Source: Tannockella kyphosi (GTDB lineage: Bacteria > Bacillota_I > Bacilli_A > Erysipelotrichales > Coprobacillaceae). Taken from it: a DNA stretch of 32,000 nucleotides. This document shows positions 16,617 to 26,075 of the stretch, piece by piece. The stretch covers positions 960,001 to 992,000 of the forward strand of contig NZ_CP088239.1 in assembly GCF_021054785.1 (NCBI RefSeq). The letters run 5' to 3'. Each line of letters starts with the position of its first letter. Positions within the stretch are counted from its first letter, which is position 1. Position numbers and translations under genes: made by a program. The notes under the pieces are model-generated. The model did not search any database. It was not told the DNA's origin and worked only from the letters and a program-made list of their open reading frames with translations.

Positions 16617-18423
16617 AATCATCATCCACTGAAAGAATAGCCATAAATGCTTCTTGAGGAATTTCTACACTTCCTACTGCTTTCATTCTTTTCTTTCCTT
16701 CTTTTTGTTTTTCCAAAAGTTTCTTCTTACGAGAAATATCTCCCCCATAACATTTTGCTAATACATTTTTACGCATTGCTTTAATCGTAGTACGGGCAAT
16801 AATTTTCCCTTGTAAAGCTGCTTGTATCGGCACTTCAAACATTTGTTTTGGAATGATTTCTTTTAGTTTTTCACAAATAACTTTCCCTCTATTATAAGCA
16901 AAATCTTTGTGCACAATAATCGATAATGCATCAACAATTTCAGCATTTAATAAAATATCCATTTTTTGTAATTTACTTGTACGATAACCAATTATTTCGT
17001 AATCAAAAGAAGCATATCCTTTGGTACTTGATTTTAATTTATCAAAAAAATCATATACTATTTCTGATAAAGGAATAGCATAAATAACATTTCTACGTAA
17101 ATCATCAATATATTCTATATCAATATATTCTCCTCTTTTAGATTGACACAATTCCATAATAGTTCCTACATAATCACTAGGAGTCATAATAGAAGCTTTT
17201 ACGTATGGTTCTTCAATATGATCAATTAATTGAGGATTCGGTAATAGCGAAGGATTATCAATAATTTGCATTGAACGATCTGTTAAAAAACAATGATAAA
17301 TAACAGATGGTGCAGTTGCAATTAATTCTAAATCAAATTCTCTTTCTAATCTCTCTTGGATAACATCCATATGTAGTAATCCTAAAAATCCACATCTAAA
17401 TCCAAAACCTAATGCTTGTGATGTTTCTGGTTCAAATTCTAAAGCAGAATCACTTAGTTTCATTTTTTCTAAAGCTTCTCTTAAGTCTTTGTATCTTGCA
17501 TTATCAATTGGGTATAACCCACAAAATACCATTGGATTTAATTGACGATAACCAGGTAATTGTTCTGTTGATTCATTTTGTAATGTTGTGATTGTATCAC
17601 CAACATGAACATCTTGAATCGATTTAATTGATGCACAAACCCAACCTACTTCTCCTGTTACTAATTTATCTTTTTTTACTTCTTTTGGTGTTCTAACACC
17701 TACTTCCGTAACTTCATAAGTAGCATCTGTTGCCATAAACTTAATTGTATCACCAACAGCTATTTGTCCTTCTTTTAGACGAACAAAGACAATAACACCA
17801 CGATAGGAATCATACAAAGAATCAAAAATCATAGCCTGTGTTGGATTATCAATAGAACCAGTTGGTGCTGGAACATTTTGTACAACATTTTCTAAAACAT
17901 CAATAACATTTAAACCTGTTTTAGCAGAAATTAATGGTGCATGATCTGCTGGTAAGCCAATAACATCTTCTATTTCTTGAATGATGCGTTGAGGATCAGC
18001 ACTTGGTAAATCAATCTTATTAATTACTGGTAATATTTCTAACTCATTATCTAACGCTAAATATACATTAGCTAATGTTTGTGCTTCCACACCCTGAACT
18101 GCATCAACCACTAAAACCGCCCCTTCACAAGCTGCTAAAGATCGAGATACCTCATAAGTAAAGTCAACATGACCTGGTGTATCTATTAAGTGAAATAAAT
18201 AAGTTTCACCATCTTTTGCAACATATGATAATTGAACTGCATTTAATTTAATAGTGATGCCACGTTCTCTTTCTAAATCCATACTATCTAAAAGCTGTGC
18301 TTTCATCTCTCGATTAGAGACAGCTTGTGTTAATTCTAAAATACGATCTGCTAAAGTACTTTTTCCATGATCGATATGGGCAATGATAGAAAAATTACGA
18401 ATTTTACTTTGATCAATATTCAT
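16615..18423 (-). CDS. lepA: translation elongation factor 4 (LepA)
   Basis: ORF track 16615..18432 starts at GTG. Preferred start is the ATG at 18423 ([27 protein letters not shown]), after AAGGTGGGTG. GTPase motifs G1-G4 and the LepA C-terminal domain are present. Confidence 0.97.
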   Translation of the reverse strand: MNIDQSKIRNFSIIAHIDHGKSTLADRILELTQAVSNREMKAQLLDSMDLERERGITIKLNAVQLSYVAKDGETYLFHLIDTPGHVDFTYEVSRSLAACEGAVLVVDAVQGVEAQTLANVYLALDNELEILPVINKIDLPSADPQRIIQEIEDVIGLPADHAPLISAKTGLNVIDVLENVVQNVPAPTGSIDNPTQAMIFDSLYDSYRGVIVFVRLKEGQIAVGDTIKFMATDATYEVTEVGVRTPKEVKKDKLVTGEVGWVCASIKSIQDVHVGDTITTLQNESTEQLPGYRQLNPMVFCGLYPIDNARYKDLREALEKMKLSDSALEFEPETSQALGFGFRCGFLGLLHMDVIQERLEREFDLELIATAPSVIYHCFLTDRSMQIIDNPSLLPNPQLIDHIEEPYVKASIMTPSDYVGTIMELCQSKRGEYIDIEYIDDLRRNVIYAIPLSEIVYDFFDKLKSSTKGYASFDYEIIGYRTSKLQKMDILLNAEIVDALSIIVHKDFAYNRGKVICEKLKEIIPKQMFEVPIQAALQGKIIARTTIKAMRKNVLAKCYGGDISRKKKLLEKQKEGKKRMKAVGSVEIPQEAFMAILSVDDD

Positions 18424-18512
18424 TATAGTCACCCACCTTCATCGGATTCTAATTATAACAAAAATTGTCTATTAACTCAATTGATTTTCAATAAAATAAC
18501 TTCTTTATATTC

Positions 18513-18866
18513 CTATTCTGTTTTATAGTTTAAATCTCTATTAAGAAAATATTTATCAATATAAGTTACCTTCTCTGCAACTACCTCCGTTAACGTAATT
18601 CTTTGTTTTTCTGATGTTTCTATCGTTCGTGTTTGTAATCGTCCTTTGACACCAATCATTGAGCCTATTTGAGCACAATCCACTAATGTTTCAGCGATCC
18701 CACGCCAAAGCACAACCGTTACAAAATCTGACTCTACCACACCAACTCCATTCTTAAACCCTTTTTCTATCTCTAAAACACAAGTACTCAACTTAATCGC
18801 AGCTCCCACTTCTTTTAAAACAGGTTTTTTTACAACCCTTCCTAATAAAATCACTTCATTAATCAT
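18513..18866 (-). CDS. single-stranded DNA-binding protein, short form without the acidic C-terminal tip (SsbB-like)
   Basis: 117 aa with an SSB OB-fold pattern (NEVILLGRVVKKPVLKE...FVTVVLWRGIAE...GSMIGVKGRLQTR). Ends ...NRDLNYKTE, with no Gly/Pro-rich linker and no D-D-D-I-P-F type tail. Confidence 0.8.
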   Translation of the reverse strand: MINEVILLGRVVKKPVLKEVGAAIKLSTCVLEIEKGFKNGVGVVESDFVTVVLWRGIAETLVDCAQIGSMIGVKGRLQTRTIETSEKQRITLTEVVAEKVTYIDKYFLNRDLNYKTE

Positions 18867-19040
18867 ATTTTATCCCTCTCTTTCTACATCTATTTTATAT
18901 AGAATAAAATTTTAAGTAAAATTTGTTAAAAAGAGAAAAAGAGCTATAAAATCATCGCTACATGAAAAAAATGTCGAAAATATTTCACTATTGAAAATTA
19001 CTGCTCATATATAATTGATTGTATAAAAAAAAGAACAATG

Positions 19041-19069
19041 AAAATAAAAAAAGAAGGCATTTAGCCTTC
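19041..19069 (-). terminator. rho-independent terminator after acpS
   Basis: Arms gaaggc (19053-19058) and gccttc (19064-19069). The stop codon sits in the loop. The A-run 19041-19052 gives a U-tract on the minus strand. Confidence 0.6.
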
Positions 19070-19390
19070 AATTACTACATAAGCAATAGCATATTCTTTT
19101 TCATGAGCAATAGAAACATGTGTGTTTGGATAATTAATATATGGTTTTCCTAAATCATCATTCAATATAGTAATATCTTGAAAAGCCACTTTTCCAATAC
19201 CAGTTCCTAAAGCTTTTACGTATGCTTCTTTACAAGCAAAACGTCCTGCTAAAAATTCTGCTTTTCGATTGGATGTTGTAAACAACTGATAAATAGAATA
19301 TTCTTCATCACTAAGAACTCTTCTTGCAATCCGATCTTGTTCCTTCACTCGATCAATCTTAATAATATCGACACCAATTCCTTTAATCAT
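19061..19390 (-). CDS. acpS: holo-[acyl-carrier-protein] synthase (4'-phosphopantetheinyl transferase)
   Basis: 109 aa with the AcpS N-terminus MIKGIGVDIIKIDRV, plus FTxxE and FAxKEAxxKAxG motifs. TAATG overlap with the upstream ORF. Confidence 0.9.
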   Translation of the reverse strand: MIKGIGVDIIKIDRVKEQDRIARRVLSDEEYSIYQLFTTSNRKAEFLAGRFACKEAYVKALGTGIGKVAFQDITILNDDLGKPYINYPNTHVSIAHEKEYAIAYVVIEG

Positions 19391-20007
19391 TAGTCATTAA
19401 ACTTCTTTTCATATAAACTCATTAATTCATCTAAAGACATATCATCTTCAATTTCATCTATTAATGAAGGGACTTTTTCTTCACTTGATGAATTGAAATC
19501 TAATTTAAATTCACCAGTTCTTTGTTCAATTATTTTTAATTCATTTTGTTCTTCTTCAATCATTTTTGCATAGTTTCTTAGATTATCTTCAACAGTAGGT
19601 TCATTTTCGAAAGGATCCACTACTTCTTCTTTTACTTCTACTACTTCTTCTTTAGCTTCTACAAAAACATCCTCTTCCTCTTCATCACCAAAAAAAGGAC
19701 TGATGACAGTAACTAATGAACTATTATAAGTTTTCGCTTTTTTCTTAGTAACTGTTTTTTTAGATTCAACTTCTGTTTTTGCAGAAGGACCTAATATTGG
19801 AGAAATAACTTGACTCATATAATATGGTTCCGCTTTAACAGGTTCTTTTTTTACTTCTTTTACAATCGGCTTTTTAACCTCTTCTTTGACTTCATCATTG
19901 TAAATCAAAGGTTCAGAAAAACGTTCCTGTTTGCGTTTTTCAACAACAGGTGCTACCGGTTCAAAATATTCCTCCTTGCTTTGTTTACCAAAAATATTCT
20001 TAAACAT
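19390..20007 (-). CDS. hypothetical E/K-rich protein with a duplicated VISPxxG motif
   Basis: 205 aa with a strong RBS (GGAGGGGAA). Translationally coupled to acpS. I do not recognise a family. Low-complexity KE repeats. Confidence 0.6.
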   Translation of the reverse strand: MFKNIFGKQSKEEYFEPVAPVVEKRKQERFSEPLIYNDEVKEEVKKPIVKEVKKEPVKAEPYYMSQVISPILGPSAKTEVESKKTVTKKKAKTYNSSLVTVISPFFGDEEEEDVFVEAKEEVVEVKEEVVDPFENEPTVEDNLRNYAKMIEEEQNELKIIEQRTGEFKLDFNSSSEEKVPSLIDEIEDDMSLDELMSLYEKKFND

Positions 20008-20021
20008 AACTTTCCCCTCCT

Positions 20022-20624
20022 CTAGAAGATAAATTCTTGTCCTACTTGATACTCCTCACCATTTAAAATCAAAATACCTGGCACATCAGGTGCTCCGGGT
20101 AACTTTAATTCTCTGGCTGAACACAACATTCCATTTGAAGGAACTTTACGTAAAGTTGAAGGTTTAATAATCATTCCTGAAGGCATTACACTTCCAATCG
20201 TAGCCACTACTACTAATTTACCTTCACCAACATTACTAGCCCCACAAACAATCTGTGTACTCTCATTACCAAGGTTCACAATACAAACATGTAAATGATC
20301 ACTATCTGGATGATCTTTCATTTCTACAACTTGACCAACAATAAACTTATAAGAAAAATCACTAGAAACTAATTCTAATTCATTTGCTTGTAACAATTTA
20401 TTCATTGAATCAACAAATTCTTCCGTAATTTTAACTAATCCAGTATTTAAATTTTCAAAATAAATACTAGCACTAAGTACATTATAACCAATAACTTTAT
20501 TATTTTCATCATATAAAATAACTAAATCATTGTTTTTTTCATATCGAACAGTATTTCCTTGTCCTAAACGAACTAATAAAACATCTCCAATACCATCTTG
20601 ATTATAAAATGCATGTAATAACAT
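20022..20624 (-). CDS. ytpR: YtpR-family protein with a C-terminal tRNA-binding (CsaA/PheT-B2-like) OB domain
   Basis: 200 aa. The C-terminal half (GQVVEMKDHPDSDHLHVCIVNLG...QIVCGASNV...GMLCSARELKL) is the tRNA_bind domain pattern. Adjacent to a ytpP-like thioredoxin gene, as in B. subtilis. Confidence 0.8.
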   Translation of the reverse strand: MLLHAFYNQDGIGDVLLVRLGQGNTVRYEKNNDLVILYDENNKVIGYNVLSASIYFENLNTGLVKITEEFVDSMNKLLQANELELVSSDFSYKFIVGQVVEMKDHPDSDHLHVCIVNLGNESTQIVCGASNVGEGKLVVVATIGSVMPSGMIIKPSTLRKVPSNGMLCSARELKLPGAPDVPGILILNGEEYQVGQEFIF

Positions 20625-20632
20625 ATTCTCTC

Positions 20633-20953
20633 CTACCCAAGCGTATCTATAAAAGCTTGTATTTCTTCTCTTGATTTTCTTAACTTACTAACAAATCTTC
20701 CAATAACTTCCCCATTATCAAATGCCACAAAAGAAGGAATTCCTAAAACATCTAAATCTTTACATAAATCAATAAAGTTATCTCTATTAATCATATAAAA
20801 AGTATAGTCTTTATTTGCTTCTACTATTTCTCCAATAAAAGGTTTAATAAAAACACAGTCCGGACACCAATCAGCGGTAAAAAGAAAAACAGACTTTTCT
20901 TTACATGCATTTTCAAATTGTTCTAAACTTAAAATCTCTATTAATTTATCCAT
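20633..20953 (-). CDS. thioredoxin-family protein (YtpP-like, WCPDC active site)
   Basis: 106 aa. CxxC motif in FTADWCPDCVF, and a cis-Pro region GIPSFV. Confidence 0.85.
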   Translation of the reverse strand: MDKLIEILSLEQFENACKEKSVFLFTADWCPDCVFIKPFIGEIVEANKDYTFYMINRDNFIDLCKDLDVLGIPSFVAFDNGEVIGRFVSKLRKSREEIQAFIDTLG

Positions 20954-20955
20954 TT

Positions 20956-21600
20956 TTATGCCTCAAATCTACCAACAAATTTATATATTGGTCCTTTCTC
21001 ACAGAATTTACGTTCATACTCCGTCATAATATTATTTTCAGCTTCAACAGTTTGATGTAAATCTAAAAATACTTGTTCAAATTTCATGCCATAGTTTTGG
21101 AATGAAACTAAAGAATATTCAAACAAACCTCTGTTATCTGTTTTAAATTCTAAATGTCCTTGTTGATTTATAATATTTTGATAAATAGGTAAAAAAGTTT
21201 CTGATGTTAAACGACGTTTAGCATGTCTTGACTTTGGCCAAGGATCACTAAAATTTAAATACACTAATGATATTTCATTTTCTTCAAATACTTCTAACAA
21301 TTCTATTGCATCATAGCTCATTAAACGTAAGTTTGGTAAAACACCACTAGTTTGTACTTTTTTAGTAGCAATCGCTAGTACGGATGGATATTTCTCTATT
21401 CCAATAAAATTAATATCTGGATATTTAACAGCATTGTTATAAATGAAATCCCCTTTCCCCATACCTACTTCAATATAAATAGGATGATCATTATTAAAAA
21501 CTTGACTCCATTTATTTTTAAATTTTGTTGGTTCTAAAACCACAAATTCCTTATTTTCTTCTAAAATATCCAATGCTTTTGGATTGTTTCTTAATCTCAT
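20956..21600 (-). CDS. trmB: tRNA (guanine46-N7)-methyltransferase
   Basis: 214 aa. TrmB pattern (MRLRNNPKA..., IEVGMGKGDF SAM-binding site, NFSDPWPKSRHAKRRL). Confidence 0.92.
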   Translation of the reverse strand: MRLRNNPKALDILEENKEFVVLEPTKFKNKWSQVFNNDHPIYIEVGMGKGDFIYNNAVKYPDINFIGIEKYPSVLAIATKKVQTSGVLPNLRLMSYDAIELLEVFEENEISLVYLNFSDPWPKSRHAKRRLTSETFLPIYQNIINQQGHLEFKTDNRGLFEYSLVSFQNYGMKFEQVFLDLHQTVEAENNIMTEYERKFCEKGPIYKFVGRFEA

Positions 21601-21630
21601 TTACTTACCTCCATAATCTTAATAATTTTA

Positions 21631-22344
21631 TCATAACTCATCAAATAAGTCATTAATTTCTTGTTCATCCAATTCTCTAAATTCTCCCAATTCTAATGAT
21701 TGGTCTAATTCAATGGAACGAATCTGAGTTCTTTTTAAATAAGTAACAGGTTTACCAATCGCATCAAACATTTTTTTAACTTGATGAAATTTACCTTCTT
21801 GTATTACTACTTCTATTTCACTAGAATCTTCATCCGTGGAAAGAATTGTTAACTTAGAGCTTTTACAAACATAGCCAGTATCAATTTCTACTCCTTTATA
21901 AAAAGTTTCAACATCATATTGATCTACTACCCCTTCTATTTTAGCATAATAAACTTTATCATGATTTCTACTAGGAGCAAGTAAACGATGTGCAAAATCA
22001 CCATCATTACTAATTATTAAAAATCCTTCCGTATCAATATCTAATCTTCCTACAGGAAATAAATCATAATTATCATAACCTTCTATTAATTCTAAAACAG
22101 TAGGATGAACATTATCTTTTGTAGCACTAATATAACCAGCTGGTTTATTTAACATTAAATAGACATATTGACGATATTCTATTAATTCATTATCAAAATA
22201 AACTACATCCTTTTCTACATCAATTTTATAATCGTCCTTTTTTATAATTTGTTCATTTACACAAACGTATCCTTTTCGAATATATTTTTTCACCTCGCTA
22301 CGAGTACCAATACCGCAGTGTGCTAATAACTTATCTAATCGCAT
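21631..22344 (-). CDS. RsuA/RluB-family rRNA pseudouridine synthase with an S4 domain
   Basis: 237 aa. N-terminal S4 domain (MRLDKLLAHCGIGTRSEVKKYIRKG). Catalytic motif GRLDIDTEGFLI. Confidence 0.88.
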   Translation of the reverse strand: MRLDKLLAHCGIGTRSEVKKYIRKGYVCVNEQIIKKDDYKIDVEKDVVYFDNELIEYRQYVYLMLNKPAGYISATKDNVHPTVLELIEGYDNYDLFPVGRLDIDTEGFLIISNDGDFAHRLLAPSRNHDKVYYAKIEGVVDQYDVETFYKGVEIDTGYVCKSSKLTILSTDEDSSEIEVVIQEGKFHQVKKMFDAIGKPVTYLKRTQIRSIELDQSLELGEFRELDEQEINDLFDEL

Positions 22345-22372
22345 ATTTATACTACCTTTCTATATCTAAAAT

Positions 22373-22381
22373 ATTATACCA
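22373..22381 (-). promoter_or_regulatory. candidate extended -10 element (TGgTATAAT) for the pseudouridine synthase gene
   Basis: The minus strand reads TGGTATAAT about 30 nt upstream of the ATG at 22344. I see no good -35. Confidence 0.35.
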
Positions 22382-22438
22382 CGGATAATCGAGTAGGAGA
22401 TAAATAATTAATTTATTTATCGTCCTCTCACACCACCG

Positions 22439-22989
22439 TATGTACCTACTAACATTCTCTATTACTCTATCTGCTGCTTTTTGACTTCCTACCAATATTT
22501 GCACATCAGCGGCATATCTTACGAAGTTTAGTTGTCTTGCTTCTAATTCTTTGTCCAACACATCAAGCATAATATTTGATAATAATGGACTAAGATTTCC
22601 ACCCTGTGGCGTTCCGATTGTTGATTCTTTATATTCGTCATCAATCATGATTCCACTTCTTAGGAATTTTCTAATTAGGGATATTACATCACCATCTTTT
22701 ACCTGTTGACTCACTAGTCGAATTAGTTTATCATGATGAACATTATCAAAGAATTTCTCTAAGTCAATATCTACCATCCAATGCAATCCTTCATTCATGT
22801 GCTCTAACACTTTTATGATTGCCATCTCACAGTTTCTACCCGGTCTGAACCCATAGCTATGTTCACTAAATATTGGTTCATAGATTGGTGTTAATACTTG
22901 CACTATCATTTGGTGTACCATTCTATCTTTTACTGTTGGTATTCCAAGTAATCTTACTCCACCATTCTCTTTTGGTATTTCTACCCTTC
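22439..22989 (-). pseudogene. group II intron reverse transcriptase fragment (RT domains about 1-5 only; N- and C-termini missing; catalytic YADD mutated to YAAD)
   Basis: RT blocks are present within ORF 22352..23128: RRVEIPKENGGVRLLGIPTVKDRMVHQ, SYGFRPGRNCEMA, DIDLEKFFDNVHHDKL, GTPQGGNLSPLLSNIML and VRYAADVQILV. N-terminal homology stops exactly at the IS3 left end (22990). Homology also stops about 28 codons before the ORF stop. No X/maturase or En domain is present. Confidence 0.85.
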
Positions 22990-23065
22990 TGGATAGGTTA
23001 CAATAAACTACACAGTTATTATAAGAACGAGTATTATTAATAATAACTGAAAAGGAGGCTATAGA

Positions 23066-23347
<282 letters not shown>

Positions 23348-23388
23348 AAGTTATTTTAGCGAACAAACATAAGTACAGTATTAGCGCC

Positions 23389-24171
23389 ATGTGTAGATTT
23401 TTAAACATAGCTAGATCAAGTGTTTATTATCATCCTGTTAAAAGAGATGAAGATATTGAAATTTCAAATAATATTAAAAATATATTTCAACAAAGTAGAA
23501 ACAACTATGGTGCTAGAAAGATAAAAATAGAGTTATCTAAAATTGATTTAGTTGTGAGTAGACGTCGTATTCGTCGTATTATGAATGAATTAGGGTTAGT
23601 ATCTAATTACATGGTGAAACAGTATAAAGTAACTAAAACAACATGTAATAATGACCTTATTGATAATGTTGTCAATCGAGAGTTTGATAGAGAAAAAAGT
23701 CTTGACGTAGTAGTGAGTGATTTAACCTATGTAAATGTTTTAGGCAAGTGGAATTATGTATGTCTACTAATCGGTCTTTATAACAGAGAGATTATAGGAT
23801 ATTCCTGTGGGAAACATAAGACAGCAGATTTAGTGAAAAAAGCATTTACTACAGTTAATAGAGATATCAATGCTATTAAAATATTTCATTCAGACAAGGG
23901 CAGTGAATTTAAAAATAAAATCATAGATGAAATATTAACAGTGTTTAATATTGAACGTTCATTAAGTGCTAAGGGATGTCCGTATGATAATGCAGTAGCA
24001 GAGGCTACGTACAAAGTATTCAAGACGGAATTTGCTTTCAATCGTGTATTCAATAGTTTTGAAGAACTGGAACTTGAATTGTTCGATTATATTAACTGGT
24101 TCAACAATATTAGAATTCATGGATCATTAAATTACATGACACCTGTAGAATATCGCCAAATGTCCTTATAA
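23389..24171 (+). CDS. IS3-family transposase OrfB (DDE integrase-like catalytic domain), probably made as an OrfAB fusion by -1 frameshifting
   Basis: The frame is -1 relative to orfA and is already open from 23296, overlapping the orfA end. Catalytic residues lie in VVVSDLTYV, IFHSDKGSEF and NAVAEATYKVFKTE, with exactly 35 residues between the second D and the E. Confidence 0.88.
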   Translation: MCRFLNIARSSVYYHPVKRDEDIEISNNIKNIFQQSRNNYGARKIKIELSKIDLVVSRRRIRRIMNELGLVSNYMVKQYKVTKTTCNNDLIDNVVNREFDREKSLDVVVSDLTYVNVLGKWNYVCLLIGLYNREIIGYSCGKHKTADLVKKAFTTVNRDINAIKIFHSDKGSEFKNKIIDEILTVFNIERSLSAKGCPYDNAVAEATYKVFKTEFAFNRVFNSFEELELELFDYINWFNNIRIHGSLNYMTPVEYRQMSL

Positions 24172-24200
24172 AAACTGTCCGAAAAAGTGTTGACAATCCA

Positions 24201-25397
24201 AACTTCTATTTTGAAGCCGAAGAAGAAGATGTCTATAGAAAATATGGGAAAAGTAAAGAAAACAGACCAAACCCAATTGTTCAATATGGTCTATTCATGG
24301 ATGGGAATGGTATTCCCATCGCTGATATTTGTTTTAGTGGGAATAAAAATGAATAGTTTTCTATGATGGAATTAGAAAAACAAATCGAACAAGATTTTCA
24401 ATTTTCAAAGTTTGTTGTATGTGCTGCTGCAGGATTAAATGGATGGGAAAATAAAGTATATAATGATAAAAAGAAAAATGGTGCTTATATTGTAACCCAA
24501 CCAATCAAAAAACTAAAAAAGAATCTTAAAGAATGGTCTATAGATCCAAGTGGCTGGAAACTATTGGGAAGTGATACACTTTATGATATAAGTGTTTTAG
24601 AAGATATTACTATGATCCATGGTGTTGCCTATCAAACATCAAATCTTGTTTTCTATAAAAATCGATGGGAAAAGACAACAAAGAAAACAACACAGCAGTC
24701 ATCAAAATACACATTAGAAGAACATCTTATCGTAACCTACAGCACGAAGTATCAAAAATATCAATCACATATACGAGATAAGAAAATAGAACGTGCAAAG
24801 AAGTTATTAAACAACCCAGGGAAGATAGGTACAGATAATCCCAGAAATCCAAAGTATTACATTCAAAGTATGAATACAACTACGAATGGAGAAGTAGCGA
24901 AAGAAACTTATTATTCTATTAATTATGAAAAAATAGTACAAGAAAGTACGTATGATGGTTTTTATGCAGTAGTAACAGATTTAGAAGATACGGATTTATC
25001 CATTATTATCCAATCAAACAAACAGAGATGGGAAATAGAAGAAAGTTTTGAAATCATGAAAAGTGAATTAAAAACAAGACCGATTTATGTATCTAAAGAA
25101 GAATCTATTAATGGTCACCTATTAACATGCTTTCTTTCATTATTAGTATATAGAATCTTGGAAAAAGAATATTTACAAGAGAAATACACATGTAATGAAA
25201 TCATTTCAACATTACGAGAACTGAATGTTACACATATAAATGGCTGTAATTATATTCCTTCCTTTAAAAGAACAATAATTGTGAATGAAATGGCAGAATT
25301 ATTTGGATTCCAACCATCTAGAGAGATACTTACACAAAAATATTTAAATAAATTTACAAGAGTAGTGAATTCAAAACAAAGTACGAAAATAAAATAA
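24201..25397 (+). pseudogene. IS4/IS1634-like DDE transposase remnant (5' end removed by the IS3; in-frame TAG at 24354)
   Basis: Translation begins directly at the IS3 right end with NFYFEAEEEDVYRKYGKSKENRPNPIVQYGLFMDGNGIPIADICFSGNKNE*. It then continues in the same frame as ORF 24363..25397. The C-terminal signature YDGFYAVVTD...QRWEIEESFEIMKSELKTRPIYV...INGHLLTCFLSLLVYR is typical of this family. Confidence 0.75.
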
Positions 25398-25405
25398 TAA
25401 TAAAA

Positions 25406-25450
25406 AACAGTAAAAACCTTTATTATATAAGGGCTTTTGCTGTTTTATTT
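25406..25450 (+). terminator. rho-independent terminator after the transposase remnant
   Basis: Arms aacagtaaaaacctt (25406-25420) and aagggcttttgctgtt (25429-25444), about 15 bp with one mismatch and G-U pairs, followed by ttattt. Confidence 0.55.
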
Positions 25451-25713
25451 GTCTCAAACTGTAAAACTAGAGATAATAATACTCTATATATTCTTCTATT
25501 GGAAACATTAGCTGATGAATACAGGTAAATATCTATTTAATGATATTTACTTCCCCATTTTTTGTTATGAACTGCCACACTGTTGGATAAATTAGTCTAA
25601 GTTGAGAGGGTAATATTATTGTATTAAATGGTGATTTAGTGTTATTGCATCAAACGATATCTTTATTTATACTACTATACCCACAAGCTTATTCTGTAGT
25701 AATAGTAAACATA

Positions 25714-25741
25714 AAAATAGTCGCTAACTTAATAGCAACCA
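25714..25741 (-). terminator. weak candidate terminator after the PTS EIIA gene
   Basis: The minus strand reads gttgcta, then loop ttaagt, then tagcgac, then tattttta. The stem is 7 bp including one G-U pair. Confidence 0.4.
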
Positions 25742-25764
25742 TTTTATGTTTTAAAGAATTACTC

Positions 25765-26073
25765 CTATTTGTTTTTACTTTTAAACTCGAATATTTCTAT
25801 CATTTTTTCAGCCATATCAACTAATAAAATCGAATTCATTAAATGACATTGTGCATGCACCAACAGAATATCCAACTCAACTTTTTCATTTTTTGCATGA
25901 GCAACCAATAATTCAGTTTGTACTTTATGGGCAAGAGATTGTTCTTTTTGTGCTTCTTTTAACAACTCTTTAGCTTGGTCATAATCATCATTCTTTATTA
26001 AATCTAACGCCTCATAACCAAGAGTAGTGGCATTACCTGAATGTAAAATAAGATTCATAGATATATTTTCCAT
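25765..26073 (-). CDS. PTS lactose/cellobiose-family EIIA component
   Basis: 102 aa, helical EIIA-Lac pattern (LILHSGNA...AHKVQTELL...LLVHAQCHLM). Last gene of the EIIB-EIIC-EIIA operon. Confidence 0.9.
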   Translation of the reverse strand: MENISMNLILHSGNATTLGYEALDLIKNDDYDQAKELLKEAQKEQSLAHKVQTELLVAHAKNEKVELDILLVHAQCHLMNSILLVDMAEKMIEIFEFKSKNK

Positions 26074-26075
26074 AG

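Noticed and set aside
22395-22426. 13-bp stem hairpin (aggagataaataa / ttatttatcgtcct) at the edge of the RT fragment, considered as a terminator or intron domain.
   Set aside because: No U-tract follows it on either strand. The stem is almost pure A/T with a bulge. It does not resemble group II intron domain V or VI. It is insufficient to call.
22439-22989. Possibility that the RT is a retron, DGR, Abi or other defence-associated reverse transcriptase.
   Set aside because: The conserved blocks (GIPTVKDRMVHQ, SYGFRPGRN, FFDNVHHDKL, GTPQGGNLSPLLSNI) are group II intron-type. The fragment is truncated on both sides and its YADD is mutated. No msr/msd-like repeats, template/variable repeats or effector genes are adjacent.
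24190-24218. Outward TTGACA at the IS3 right end as a hybrid promoter driving the downstream transposase remnant.
   Set aside because: No acceptable -10 hexamer lies 16-18 nt downstream (gaagcc or tgaagc), and the downstream gene is a pseudogene.
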